Shown piece by piece: positions 8,669-18,016 of a DNA stretch of 38,913 nt. Both the position numbers and the translations under genes were made by a program. The stretch lies in IMG/VR virus record IMGVR_UViG_3300031669_000100. One strand, written 5' to 3'. The notes under the pieces are model-generated. The model saw only the letters and a program-made list of their open reading frames with translations. It ran no database searches and had not been told where the DNA came from. Origin of the DNA: a virus. Lineage: Duplodnaviria > Caudoviricetes. Every line of letters starts with the position of its first letter. Position 1 is the first letter of the stretch.

Positions 8669-9045
8669 TATGAAGGGCATAATTGCACCCCTCTCCTTCC
8701 TACCGTTGCATGTATAAGTTGCAGCACTTCTGTTCTTAGTAGAGAATACCATATCATTTACCTATTAATTGGCAACCTAGGCCAATTTGTTTTAATTCAA
8801 TAATTTGTTATTTAACATACAAACATGCAGCATATTACACGCTGCATGTTTGTGTTGCTGCAACTTTTATTCAGCGCGCCGCGGGGTTTACTCTGTCCAA
8901 AAAACTATTTAATTGTGAAAAAAAAAATACAATTGGCACAAATTCTTGTAGTTGAAGGAAAAAATATGAGAAATATTTGATTTTAATGCAGCGATAGGAT
9001 TTAAAAAATCTTGTGATTATACAGTGCTTTAATAGGCTCAATTTA
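8669..9045. other. Non-coding region, candidate packaging site (cos/pac)
   Basis: Longest intergenic gap; 13-bp perfect inverted repeat 8819-8853; GC island CAGCGCGCCGCGGGG 8872-8886; A-tracts; lies between terL and portal. Confidence 0.5.
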
Positions 9046-9048
9046 TTT

Positions 9049-9083
9049 GTCCTTTATTTCCATCTCTCCTTCTCCTTTATTGC
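9049..9083 (+). promoter_or_regulatory. Putative late promoter 3 (GTCCTTTA ... TTTATTGC)
   Basis: Shared motif and spacing. Confidence 0.7.
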
Positions 9084-9097
9084 AGAAAAAATACCGG

Positions 9098-9340
9098 ATG
9101 CCAATTCACATTTCTGCGCTAGACCCCATTATTCTTAGGACAGATGCAAACGGGAAGAAGATTGCGTTTAACATATCCTTTAGGAAAAAAAACGGAGTAA
9201 TGGTAGAGGCTCAAAGGGTGACTTGTTCAAGCACATCCGGGAAAAGGAAAACTATAACCATTGTATTTCCAAACCAAGAAGTTAGGACGATAAGAAGAAT
9301 TTTAGTAATGCGACTAAATGGAGAGAGGGTATTTATATGA
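9098..9340 (+). CDS. Small basic hypothetical protein preceding the portal; start reassigned to ATG 9098
   Basis: The track's TTG start lies inside the promoter motif; ATGA overlap with the portal gene. Confidence 0.7.
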   Translation: MPIHISALDPIILRTDANGKKIAFNISFRKKNGVMVEAQRVTCSSTSGKRKTITIVFPNQEVRTIRRILVMRLNGERVFI

Positions 9341-10692
9341 GCCAAGAAGTATTTGATTTTGGAGCAACAGCCTATCTAACGGGAACATCGGCATTTGTAG
9401 AAATGGGTAAGCCATCCGCTGAGTTGGTTGCAACACCATCTCCGGTAGCGCGACCTATACCCGTTGCGAATAAACCCAAAATGGTTCCTTGGGGAGATAC
9501 CAATAAATTCCCAATGGAGCTAATTGACAAGGTTGGAGCCAACCCTATGGTAGCATCCAACCTTCTGTTCAATATCCAAATGACATACGGAAGCGGAATA
9601 ATGCCTGTAAGGCGGTCGGTTGTTAATGGGAAGTTAGTTCTTGAACCGGTTTATGACAATGCTGAAATCAATGAGTTTTTTGAAAACAACGACATTAACG
9701 GATACTACCTTGAGCAGTGCACAGATTTAAACTTCTTGTATAATGCTTTTGCAGAATTAGTATTCTCATATGAAGGGAAAATTGCTGAGTTGAACAGTTT
9801 AGAGGCTACATTCAGTAGATTTAGCGAAATTGATGCTGTAAATAAGAAAATACTCTATCACTATTATTCTGCAAAGTGGGGTGAAAGTCCAAAGGAAGCT
9901 GACATTATCATAACGCCTCTGCTTGACAGTAAGAACCCTATTCGCGATTTAAAAATACGAAGAGGAATAATACCTGACAATCAAGGTAAAACACTTAGAA
10001 ATCCAAGTGGTGATAGGTTTGTAATACCAATTACATTTCCAACACCAGGTAAGTTTTACTATCAAAAGCCTTACTGGCTAAGTATAATTACGAGCGGTTG
10101 GTATGACTTTGCCCAACAAATTGTTGAGTTTAAAAAGGCGTTAATGGCGAATCAAATGACCATTAAATATCACGTTCAGCTAAGCGATAACTACTGGGAC
10201 GTTCTTTACAAAGCAGAGGGAATTGTTGATATTGACAAAAAGAAAGCCCGGAGAGTGAAGGAACTAGAGGACATAAATAAGTTCCTAACTGACACAAAAA
10301 ACACCGGAAGATCAATAATTTCATATATTAAATACAAAGAAGGTAAAAGCGAAGCCATGATGACCGTTACCGCTATTGACAACAAGTTTGCTGGTGGCGA
10401 ATACCTGGATGATCTTGAGGAGGTATCTAATGTAATAAGTTATGGAATGAACGTTCACCCCTCCTTAATTGGTTCCGCGCCTGGCAAAAACACCACCATT
10501 AATGGCACTGAGGCCAGAGAACTATTCATTATAAAGCAGGCAATGATGAAGCCTTTCAGAGATCGGTTATTGCTGCCTCTTTATGTTGTAAAGGCTATCA
10601 ATAATTGGCCTGTTGACATCTTCTTCACCATTCCCGATATTGAACTCACCACACTAGACCAAGGAACCGGATCTAAAAAAACAATCTCATAG
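9337..10692 (+). CDS. Portal protein
   Basis: 451 aa; VPWGDTNKFP, PGKFYYQKPYW, VHPSLIG and GTEARELF motifs typical of Bacteroidota phage portals. Confidence 0.85.
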   Translation: MSQEVFDFGATAYLTGTSAFVEMGKPSAELVATPSPVARPIPVANKPKMVPWGDTNKFPMELIDKVGANPMVASNLLFNIQMTYGSGIMPVRRSVVNGKLVLEPVYDNAEINEFFENNDINGYYLEQCTDLNFLYNAFAELVFSYEGKIAELNSLEATFSRFSEIDAVNKKILYHYYSAKWGESPKEADIIITPLLDSKNPIRDLKIRRGIIPDNQGKTLRNPSGDRFVIPITFPTPGKFYYQKPYWLSIITSGWYDFAQQIVEFKKALMANQMTIKYHVQLSDNYWDVLYKAEGIVDIDKKKARRVKELEDINKFLTDTKNTGRSIISYIKYKEGKSEAMMTVTAIDNKFAGGEYLDDLEEVSNVISYGMNVHPSLIGSAPGKNTTINGTEARELFIIKQAMMKPFRDRLLLPLYVVKAINNWPVDIFFTIPDIELTTLDQGTGSKKTIS

Positions 10693-10694
10693 CC

Positions 10695-11582
10695 ATGTTA
10701 CTTACCATAGACCAAGCCAAAAAGTATCTGAGGCTACCCAATACGGTATCCGCAGAGAACTTCAACCCGTTTATTCCCGATGCTACCCGAAAATATCTGC
10801 AACCTTATATGGGAGGCGATCTATTGGCTAAGCTTGATTCATATTCAGGCGGAAGTTTAAACGTAACCGAGAATGCAGCAAAGTGGGACACCCTACTCGA
10901 CCTTACCCGCAGTGCGCTATCGCGCTTTACCTTTTTTCTTGCAACGCCATCGCTCGACCTCAATATTACCGAATCCGGAATATTGGTTGGTAATACACAA
11001 TCGATGGCTCCGGCCAGCAAGGAGCGAGTTGGATCATTTAAGGATAGCCTTGAAGATTTGGGATTCAACGCGCTAGATGCTGTTCTAAAGCACCTCGACG
11101 AGAACAAAACCGTTTTTACCGATTGGACCGCCTCCGATGCCTACAAAACATTCAGTAGCGGGTTTATTCGCTCAGTAGACGATTTTCAGAAGTTTGTTGA
11201 TATTGGATACAGCCGCCTCCGGTTCTTTCAGCTACGCCAAGCAATGGACCGCGTAGAGATGGTGAACGTTATTCCAGTGTTGGGCGATGCGCTGGCCGCT
11301 GCGCTGTTAACCGAAAGTTTAACACCTGCCAACATGGAAGCTGAGAGGGCTGAAGCGCTGAAGCGATGCCGCAGGTGCATTGCTTACCAAACGGCAGCGG
11401 AGGAGATCGACGAAAAGTATACACGCCATGCCGAGCTATTTATTAACCTGCTTCGCGATTACCTTAATACCAACCCAACCAAATTTGTAGAGTTGTTTCC
11501 TGAAGGTGCTATAGCTACTGCTGCTCCATATCCTGTTATTGAGAACACAGAGGATAGCAAAATATTTGTTTTTGGAGGTTAG
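10695..11582 (+). CDS. Head-tail adaptor (DUF6712-like)
   Basis: Follows portal; PFIPDATRKYLQPYMG, LNITESGI and DIGYSRLRFFQL motifs. Confidence 0.65.
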   Translation: MLLTIDQAKKYLRLPNTVSAENFNPFIPDATRKYLQPYMGGDLLAKLDSYSGGSLNVTENAAKWDTLLDLTRSALSRFTFFLATPSLDLNITESGILVGNTQSMAPASKERVGSFKDSLEDLGFNALDAVLKHLDENKTVFTDWTASDAYKTFSSGFIRSVDDFQKFVDIGYSRLRFFQLRQAMDRVEMVNVIPVLGDALAAALLTESLTPANMEAERAEALKRCRRCIAYQTAAEEIDEKYTRHAELFINLLRDYLNTNPTKFVELFPEGAIATAAPYPVIENTEDSKIFVFGG

Positions 11583-11584
11583 CC

Positions 11585-12433
11585 ATGAAGGTAGTTCGAT
11601 TTAACAACGACAAGTATACGCTACCCTCCAAGTGGGATGAGCTAAACCCCAAGCAGCTTATTGCTGTTGCCAAAATTATGCTTGCGGAGCAGCATTGGGA
11701 TAACATTAAGGTGAGGCTGGTGCTTTACTTCTTGGGTATGCGGGTTATCCGTCGCCGCAAGGTTATTGTTGACGAGGTAGAGCACTTCTACGTTAAGCAC
11801 GGATTGCGCCGAGTTTACCTGCTTTCGGTATTCGATATAGCCGCGCTGGGCAATACGCTCGAGTTCTTAACCGAGAAGCCCGACAAGGAAGGCAACCGGT
11901 TGCTTCGGCCAAAGATTAGAAAGCAGCCGTTTCCTATTCTTAAATTCAGGTTTAAGCGATTTGCAGGCTACGAAAATGCGCTAACCGATATGCTCTTTGG
12001 TGAGTTTATATTTGCCGAAACATACTACTACCGCTACCTAACCACTAAGGACGAGGTTTGGCTTAACCGGCTGCTGGCCGTTCTTTACCGACGAGTAAAA
12101 AAGCATACCATGCAGGAGTTTAGCGAGGAGGCAATTGAGCAAAACGCTCGCCTTATTGCCTCACTTCCAGCCTATAAAAAGTTGGTTATGCGCTTCTACT
12201 ACGACGGATGCAAGGAGTTTCTTTCTCGTAAATTTCCACAAACGCTTGGAAGCGGTGGCGGCGGCAAGGCAAAGGATCCATTTGAGGATTTTCATAAGAT
12301 TACCATTGCCATGACCAACGGTTTCCCTACAGAGGCCGATGGCGTTCGCAACACTCTTTTATACGATGCGCTGGAGAGCTTCGAGCAAACATCGAAAGCA
12401 AACGAGCGAATGAATTATTTAATACACCGCTAG
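11585..12433 (+). CDS. Conserved morphogenesis protein (possible tail assembly chaperone)
   Basis: LPSKWDEL, FGEFIFAE and LLAVLYR motifs; position in connector block. Confidence 0.55.
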   Translation: MKVVRFNNDKYTLPSKWDELNPKQLIAVAKIMLAEQHWDNIKVRLVLYFLGMRVIRRRKVIVDEVEHFYVKHGLRRVYLLSVFDIAALGNTLEFLTEKPDKEGNRLLRPKIRKQPFPILKFRFKRFAGYENALTDMLFGEFIFAETYYYRYLTTKDEVWLNRLLAVLYRRVKKHTMQEFSEEAIEQNARLIASLPAYKKLVMRFYYDGCKEFLSRKFPQTLGSGGGGKAKDPFEDFHKITIAMTNGFPTEADGVRNTLLYDALESFEQTSKANERMNYLIHR

Positions 12434-12434
12434 T

Positions 12435-12929
12435 ATGGAATACAACCACCTTGAATACATGGAGAACGTAGCTACCTCGCTAAAGGAGATAGCCCACAGT
12501 TCAAACCATAAGGCATTTGCAACCGCCTCCGGTATGGGCTTGCTCGAGGGATTAATGGAGGGAATTACCTCACTCAACCTCCCATGCCTTGTTGCTATCG
12601 ACGATGTATCGAGCCGATTGGCTGAAAACGATACCGACAGTATCTCCGAGGTTCCGTTTTACTCCTTTTGCATCTTAAAAGTTGCCAATACCAACGACTC
12701 GTTGGCACAGCGGAAAGCCATGCGCGAATGCAAGGTGCTGGTAAAGAAGGTTATTTCGAAGCTAAGAACCGACCGGCGCAACGGTGTTGATGGGTTAAAA
12801 TACTTCGATACAGGTTCTGTGCTCATTAGCGGCATTGGTCCTGTTGCTGGTGGCTACTATGGATGTTCGGTATCGTTTAGCCTGCTACAGCCGGCCGGAG
12901 TTGTTTACAATGCAAGCGATTGGTTGTGA
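12435..12929 (+). CDS. Putative tail terminator/completion protein
   Basis: Size, position, C-terminal GPVAGGYYGCSVSF strand. Confidence 0.55.
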   Translation: MEYNHLEYMENVATSLKEIAHSSNHKAFATASGMGLLEGLMEGITSLNLPCLVAIDDVSSRLAENDTDSISEVPFYSFCILKVANTNDSLAQRKAMRECKVLVKKVISKLRTDRRNGVDGLKYFDTGSVLISGIGPVAGGYYGCSVSFSLLQPAGVVYNASDWL

Positions 12930-13324
12930 GCGAAAACACCAACATAGACGAAACCGTTGTAGCCTGGGCCGAAATTGTTATTCGGATTTGGGAGGAAAAG
13001 ATTTACCAGCTAAAGGTTACCGACACCTACGCGCTGCTTAATTCCTTTGCCCAGCATGTGGTGCTTAACGCCAACGGCGATCCTATAATGGTAGAGTTTG
13101 CCTTTAACTACTACGGAAAATTCGCCGACATGAGCGTGGGCAAGGGTACCAGCTATGGTGAGGTAGGCAACTCGCGCAGAAAGGTGAAACCGTGGTATTC
13201 AAAAACGTTTTTTAACCAGGTTCGCATACTTGGCGAAATACTATCCGAGAAATACGCCCGTAAAGCCGCGCTGCTCATTGTTGAAAACATTGACGATAAC
13301 TCCCTATCGTGGCAAAAAAGTTAG
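12926..13324 (+). CDS. Putative neck/tail completion protein; probable GTG start overlapping the upstream TGA
   Basis: DTYALLNSF, YYGKFADMSVGKG and RRKVKPWYSK motifs resemble HK97 gp10-like proteins. Confidence 0.6.
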   Translation: MSENTNIDETVVAWAEIVIRIWEEKIYQLKVTDTYALLNSFAQHVVLNANGDPIMVEFAFNYYGKFADMSVGKGTSYGEVGNSRRKVKPWYSKTFFNQVRILGEILSEKYARKAALLIVENIDDNSLSWQKS

Positions 13325-13382
13325 AAGTCCACTTAATTTGCAGCATTTTTTCTTAAATTAGCTTCATATTTATTTAATAGGT

Positions 13383-13967
13383 ATGAAAAAGTTAATACTA
13401 TTTGCGCTGGCTATACTTATTGTAACCGCTTGCTTTTCGCAGGATAAGCCAAAAAAGAAATCGTTTTGGACCAATACGCCACCCGCAGAAAGCAAAACCG
13501 TTCCACTCGATAGCATTTTCCCCGTTATAAATGGGAGAATAGACTACACCGACGTGTTTACCGTTCCCGATACCACCATTAACGCCACCTACACCAAGGC
13601 TAAGCTGTGGTTTGTGGATAACTTCAACAATGCCAAAAGCGTTATTCAGGTAGACGATAAGGACAATGGCATTATAAAGGGCCGTGGGGTTTTGGATTAT
13701 GGAGCCAACCATTACTTTTACTACACCATTACCGTAATGTTTAAGCCTGGGCGCGTGAAGTATGAAATTACCGACATTGTTCACTCCTATGACGGATATA
13801 TTCCCGGATATGGATACAAGAAGGAGGATAAACCGCTTGAAACTTGGGCTACTCCTACGAGAAAGCAATCGGTAGTTTCAGTATACCGAGGCATAAACGA
13901 TAAATTCATAAACCTTTGCCATTCATTAAAAATTGCACTATTAAAACCGCCATCAGATAATTGGTAG
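13383..13967 (+). CDS. Exported protein, DUF4468-like (moron)
   Basis: Signal peptide MKKLILFALAILIVTACFSQ; YTKAKLWF..AKSVIQVDDKDNGIIKG..KYEITDI pattern. Confidence 0.75.
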   Translation: MKKLILFALAILIVTACFSQDKPKKKSFWTNTPPAESKTVPLDSIFPVINGRIDYTDVFTVPDTTINATYTKAKLWFVDNFNNAKSVIQVDDKDNGIIKGRGVLDYGANHYFYYTITVMFKPGRVKYEITDIVHSYDGYIPGYGYKKEDKPLETWATPTRKQSVVSVYRGINDKFINLCHSLKIALLKPPSDNW

Positions 13968-14031
13968 AAACTTTCGCCTCCTCTAAGCGCTGAATGTAGT
14001 CTGTAGTAACCAATAAACTCTCAAAACAACT

Positions 14032-14217
14032 ATGGAAAAAACATTGGCACATCTTAGAGAATTTACCAGCGACCCTAAAGAGGTCGCTGCTTATTTAACA
14101 ACAAATCTTTATCTTATCAACCTAGCCAGCCAGCAAGGGAATACATTGCCAGATTCATTTTTTGAAGGGGTGATAATAACAACAGAGCTTATGTTGTTAG
14201 GTAGCACAAGCGAATAA
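14032..14217 (+). CDS. Small hypothetical protein (moron)
   Basis: A-rich leader, ATG start, followed by a terminator. Confidence 0.55.
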   Translation: MEKTLAHLREFTSDPKEVAAYLTTNLYLINLASQQGNTLPDSFFEGVIITTELMLLGSTSE

Positions 14218-14221
14218 AAAC

Positions 14222-14249
14222 AAAGAGGTGATTTACATCACCTCTTTTT
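14222..14249 (+). terminator. Intrinsic terminator closing the moron
   Basis: AAAGAGGTGAT-TTAC-ATCACCTCTTT then TT. Confidence 0.8.
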
Positions 14250-14293
14250 ATGTAATAAAGTCGAGCGCAGGACAAGTAATATCCCTTTTTTCT

Positions 14294-14328
14294 GTCCTTT
14301 ATTTAGCCCTACTCTCGCACCATATTGC
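14294..14328 (+). promoter_or_regulatory. Putative late promoter 4 (GTCCTTTA ... CATATTGC)
   Basis: Shared motif and spacing. Confidence 0.7.
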
Positions 14329-14344
14329 GCAAAAATAGAGCAAT

Positions 14345-17300
14345 ATGGCCATAAACGAAACTGCCAAGGCGCGGGTCGAAATCGACGGTAAGGATGCCGA
14401 AGCCGAGATGAACAAGTTGCGCGCTGCTGCCAAGGAGCTAAACGCTGAGCTCAAGCGCACCAAGGAGGCCAACGACCTTACCGGATGGGAAAAGGCCAAC
14501 GCGGCCATGAAGGAGAACCGCGCGCAGCAAAACGCGCTCAAAATTGTCACCAAGGATATTTCGGGGGTAATGAGCAACCTCTCTGGATCCGCGCTTGCCG
14601 ATCTTACGCGCGCGCAGCGCCAGCTGAGCGCCGAGCTAAAAAAATCGACACAGAATACCAAGGAGGAGAAGGCCGCTTTTGCCGAAAAAGCAGCCCAGCT
14701 GCAGGCGGTAAACGGCCAAATTTCCAAAACAAAGGCGCAAATGTCAGGCATGGGCACCGAGTCGCAAACCATGTTTGGCAGCATGAACGATGGTGTACGC
14801 AAGTGGGGTGCCTCCATTATTGGCGTTGTGGCATCCATTACGCTGCTATCGAATAGGTTAGAGAAGTTTCGCGACGAAGCCCTTGCAAAGGAGGATGCCA
14901 AGAATAACCTTTCAGCGCTCACTGGGCTCGATGGCGAAAACATTGCCTACCTGGTGGAGCAGGCCGATAAGCTCTCCACCTCCACCACCGACGCGGGTAT
15001 TCGTATTAAGGCCAGCAGCAAGGATATACTCGATGCCTACACGCTTATGGGTTCGGCCAAGCCGGAGCTGCTACAGAACAAGGAGGCGCTGGGCGAGGTA
15101 ACTAAGCAGGCGCTTATTTTGGCGGCCGCCGCAAAAATGGAAACCGGTCCGGCCGTAGATGGGCTTGCCAGCACCATGAACCAATTCTCGGCTGGTGCCA
15201 ACGAGGCTGGCCGATACATTAACGTGCTGGCCGCAGGAAGTAAGGCCGGTGCCGTAGCCATTCCCGACTTAACTACCTCTATTATAAAATCGGGAACTGC
15301 CGCCAGCATTTCTGGGTTGAGCATTGAGCAGCTGGTTGGCTCCATAGAAACCATTGGCGAAAAGGGAGTAAAGGGCGAGCTGGCCGGAACTAACCTTAAA
15401 AACGTTTTCTTAAAACTGATGGCCGGTGCCGACGATACCAATCCAAAGGTGGTTGGCTTGGGGAAGGCGCTCGAAAACTTATCCAACAAAAACCTCGATG
15501 CCGACGGAATAATTAAAATATTCGGGGAGGATAACTACACGGTAGCGCAAATACTTGTGAGCAACCGCAAGCAGGTCGATTACTACACCAAGGCCGTAAC
15601 CGGAACCAGCGTGGCCTACGAGCAGGCGCAAAAGAATACCTCCGGCATGTCGGCAAAGCTGGCGCAGGCAAAAAACCAGTTTTCGGAGGCCGCTCAGGTG
15701 GTGGCATCCAAGTTTAACCCCATAATGTTAGGCGCTACCTCCACCGGAACTAAGCTAATGCAGGTGCTTGGCATGCTTCCCGAAACTCTTTACCGGTATG
15801 GACCAACGCTATTGGCTGCAGGAGCCGCGTTTGTAGCCTATGGTGTTGCGGTTAACGCATCCATTGTGCTCGATAAGCTAAAGGTTCTATGGACCAACAA
15901 CATTATTGGTTCCATGAAGAAGCTATACCTATCGCTTGCCGCCAATCCGTGGGTTGCTGCTGCTGCGGGTGTGGCCATGCTTGCTGCAGGCATATACGAG
16001 CTGGTGCGCGAAATAAAGTTGGCCAACAACCCGCACAAGGAGTTTATTGACAACCTCACCAAGGAGAAGGTTGCCATTGGCGATGCCTTTGATGCCGCCA
16101 AGCGTGCGCTCCCCGGTTCCAAGGAGCGCGCTGCTGCCATACAGCTCATTAACGAGAAGTATGGGCAATACCTTCCCAACCAGCTAACAGAAAAATCGAA
16201 CCTCGACGAAATTACAAAGGCGCAGGAGCTGGCCACGCAGGCACTCATTCGCGACATTGCCATTAAGTCGCGCAGGGATGAGCTGGAGAAAATTGGCGAA
16301 GAGGGTGCAAAGAAGCGCACCGATGGGCTTAAGGAATACTACAAGCTAATTGCCGACAAGAGCGGATACGCTGCAGCAGAGCAAGCCGAGAAAGAGTTTT
16401 TGGAGATTACCCAACAAATGTCCGACCTGCAGGCCAAGGGTGGCCGCGAAAACTACATGAAGTCCATAGAGCTAGCCAACCAGCTAGCGGGTAAGTGGGG
16501 CGAAACGGCCAGCAAATCGAAAACGCTCATTTCGGTTTACGCTATGAATATGAAATTTGAGCAGCAGGATTTGGATAAAACCAAGAAGTTCTACGATGCC
16601 TACGTAGATAGCATAGATAAGGCCCTATCGGCTAAAACCGATTTCTCAGCAAAAAAACCGGAGGCTACTGACCCCAATGGTGGAAACGGAGCCAAGGGCG
16701 ATAAGGATGCTGCGTTTAAGGCGTTGGAAGAAGACTATAAGCGGCGCAAGGTTCTTCTCGATAAGGAATTGCTCACAGAGAAAACTACCAAGGATACGCA
16801 CGACTTCGAAATGCTCAAGCTCGACGTGGCCTACTACCAGGCTCGACTGGCTACGGCTCAGAGATACAAGGAGGGCGTTGTTGACGAGGAGCAGGCGCTT
16901 GTTAATGCAAAGCAGGCCATGCTCGATAAGTTTCAATCGCTCTCAACGCAGGAGATGACCGATATTGAAAACTACGCCAAGCTGAGTTCGAGCAAGGCGG
17001 TAGATAATATGGTGCAGGGGGCGCAGGCCGAGCTGGATGCTCAGCTAAAGTCGTGGGACGAGCAGGATAAGGCTGCTGACGATCGGGCAAAGAAAAACCT
17101 TCAGCTGGCCAATAAGCGCGCTGAGGAACAAAAAGGAATATTTGAGCAAACAGGTGCCGCGTTTGGCGAGTTGGTAGGCCAGCAAATTGCTGGTCAGCAG
17201 CTATCGGCCGCCGCCTTTGGAAAGAGCATGCTGCTCATTGCCCTCGATACGCTGCATGGAATTGTCCGCATGGCTATTGCTCAGGTGTGGGCTGGTTCAT

Positions 17301-17845
17301 TGGCATCACCGGAAAGTATTGCCACCTGGGGCGCAGCCGGAACAGCCAAGGCCATTATGATGTCGGCACTGATCGAGGCGGCTTTCTCTGTTGCCAAAAC
17401 GGTTATTTCGGCCAGCATAAACCAAAAGGCTTCGGGCGATTACACCGTTATAGGTGCGCAGGATGGAAAAACATACCATGCACCCTACTCCGGTGCTGCC
17501 AAAACGGGCTACTACCCCTCTCCTACGCTCATAAGTGAGCAGGGTGGTGAGGTGGTTATTGATGCGCCCACGGTGCGCAACATACGCATGAATTCTCCCC
17601 ACATTCTTAGCAGCATTATGGCGCTGCGCGTACCGCAGCATGCTACGGGTAGCTACCCTGCCGCTTCCGGTTCGCAATCCGATGGCAACGCCGACCTTAA
17701 GGCGCTGCTGCTCCAGCAGGCTTCGCTTATTGCCTCGCTCAACGAAACCATGAGCAAGGGCATATCTGCCGACATTAGCTACACTAACTTAATAACAAAA
17801 ATGAATAAGGTGAGCGCTATCGATAGCAAGGTGAGTAAAAAATAG
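14345..17845 (+). CDS. Tail tape measure protein (TP901-type core)
   Basis: 1166 aa, Ala-rich helical; NLSALTGL, MNQFSAGANEAGRYINVLAAGSKAGA and AGTNLKNVF motifs; central hydrophobic segments. Confidence 0.93.
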   Translation: MAINETAKARVEIDGKDAEAEMNKLRAAAKELNAELKRTKEANDLTGWEKANAAMKENRAQQNALKIVTKDISGVMSNLSGSALADLTRAQRQLSAELKKSTQNTKEEKAAFAEKAAQLQAVNGQISKTKAQMSGMGTESQTMFGSMNDGVRKWGASIIGVVASITLLSNRLEKFRDEALAKEDAKNNLSALTGLDGENIAYLVEQADKLSTSTTDAGIRIKASSKDILDAYTLMGSAKPELLQNKEALGEVTKQALILAAAAKMETGPAVDGLASTMNQFSAGANEAGRYINVLAAGSKAGAVAIPDLTTSIIKSGTAASISGLSIEQLVGSIETIGEKGVKGELAGTNLKNVFLKLMAGADDTNPKVVGLGKALENLSNKNLDADGIIKIFGEDNYTVAQILVSNRKQVDYYTKAVTGTSVAYEQAQKNTSGMSAKLAQAKNQFSEAAQVVASKFNPIMLGATSTGTKLMQVLGMLPETLYRYGPTLLAAGAAFVAYGVAVNASIVLDKLKVLWTNNIIGSMKKLYLSLAANPWVAAAAGVAMLAAGIYELVREIKLANNPHKEFIDNLTKEKVAIGDAFDAAKRALPGSKERAAAIQLINEKYGQYLPNQLTEKSNLDEITKAQELATQALIRDIAIKSRRDELEKIGEEGAKKRTDGLKEYYKLIADKSGYAAAEQAEKEFLEITQQMSDLQAKGGRENYMKSIELANQLAGKWGETASKSKTLISVYAMNMKFEQQDLDKTKKFYDAYVDSIDKALSAKTDFSAKKPEATDPNGGNGAKGDKDAAFKALEEDYKRRKVLLDKELLTEKTTKDTHDFEMLKLDVAYYQARLATAQRYKEGVVDEEQALVNAKQAMLDKFQSLSTQEMTDIENYAKLSSSKAVDNMVQGAQAELDAQLKSWDEQDKAADDRAKKNLQLANKRAEEQKGIFEQTGAAFGELVGQQIAGQQLSAAAFGKSMLLIALDTLHGIVRMAIAQVWAGSLASPESIATWGAAGTAKAIMMSALIEAAFSVAKTVISASINQKASGDYTVIGAQDGKTYHAPYSGAAKTGYYPSPTLISEQGGEVVIDAPTVRNIRMNSPHILSSIMALRVPQHATGSYPAASGSQSDGNADLKALLLQQASLIASLNETMSKGISADISYTNLITKMNKVSAIDSKVSKK

Positions 17846-17855
17846 CAGTAAAAGT

Positions 17856-17891
17856 GTCCTTTAAATGGACCGTTGAATAGTTGATTTTTGA
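17856..17891 (+). promoter_or_regulatory. Putative late promoter 5 (GTCCTTTA ... GATTTTTGA)
   Basis: Shared motif and spacing. Confidence 0.7.
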
Positions 17892-17906
17892 CAAAAAAAC
17901 AGGAAC

Positions 17907-18014
17907 ATGGTAAGAGGAGCGGCATACAAGTTTAGGCTAAACATTACGAATAGGGAAACAGGTCTCCCCGTTTCGGCCGAGTTGCCACCTATCATTAAAC
18001 CAGACCAACCATAG
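17907..18014 (+). CDS. 35-aa ORF or gene remnant leading the lysis operon (not in the ORF track)
   Basis: MVRGAAYKFRLNITNRETGLPVSAELPPIIKPDQP*; fills the gap between promoter and holin; TAGCCATG junction. Confidence 0.5.
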   Translation: MVRGAAYKFRLNITNRETGLPVSAELPPIIKPDQP

Positions 18015-18016
18015 CC

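Noticed and set aside
2196-16936. Long antisense ORFs (2196-2774, 3923-4489, 13398-13868, 14299-14943, 15037-15489, 15838-16320 and others)
   Set aside because: Shadows of well-supported + strand genes, with no motifs or initiation context
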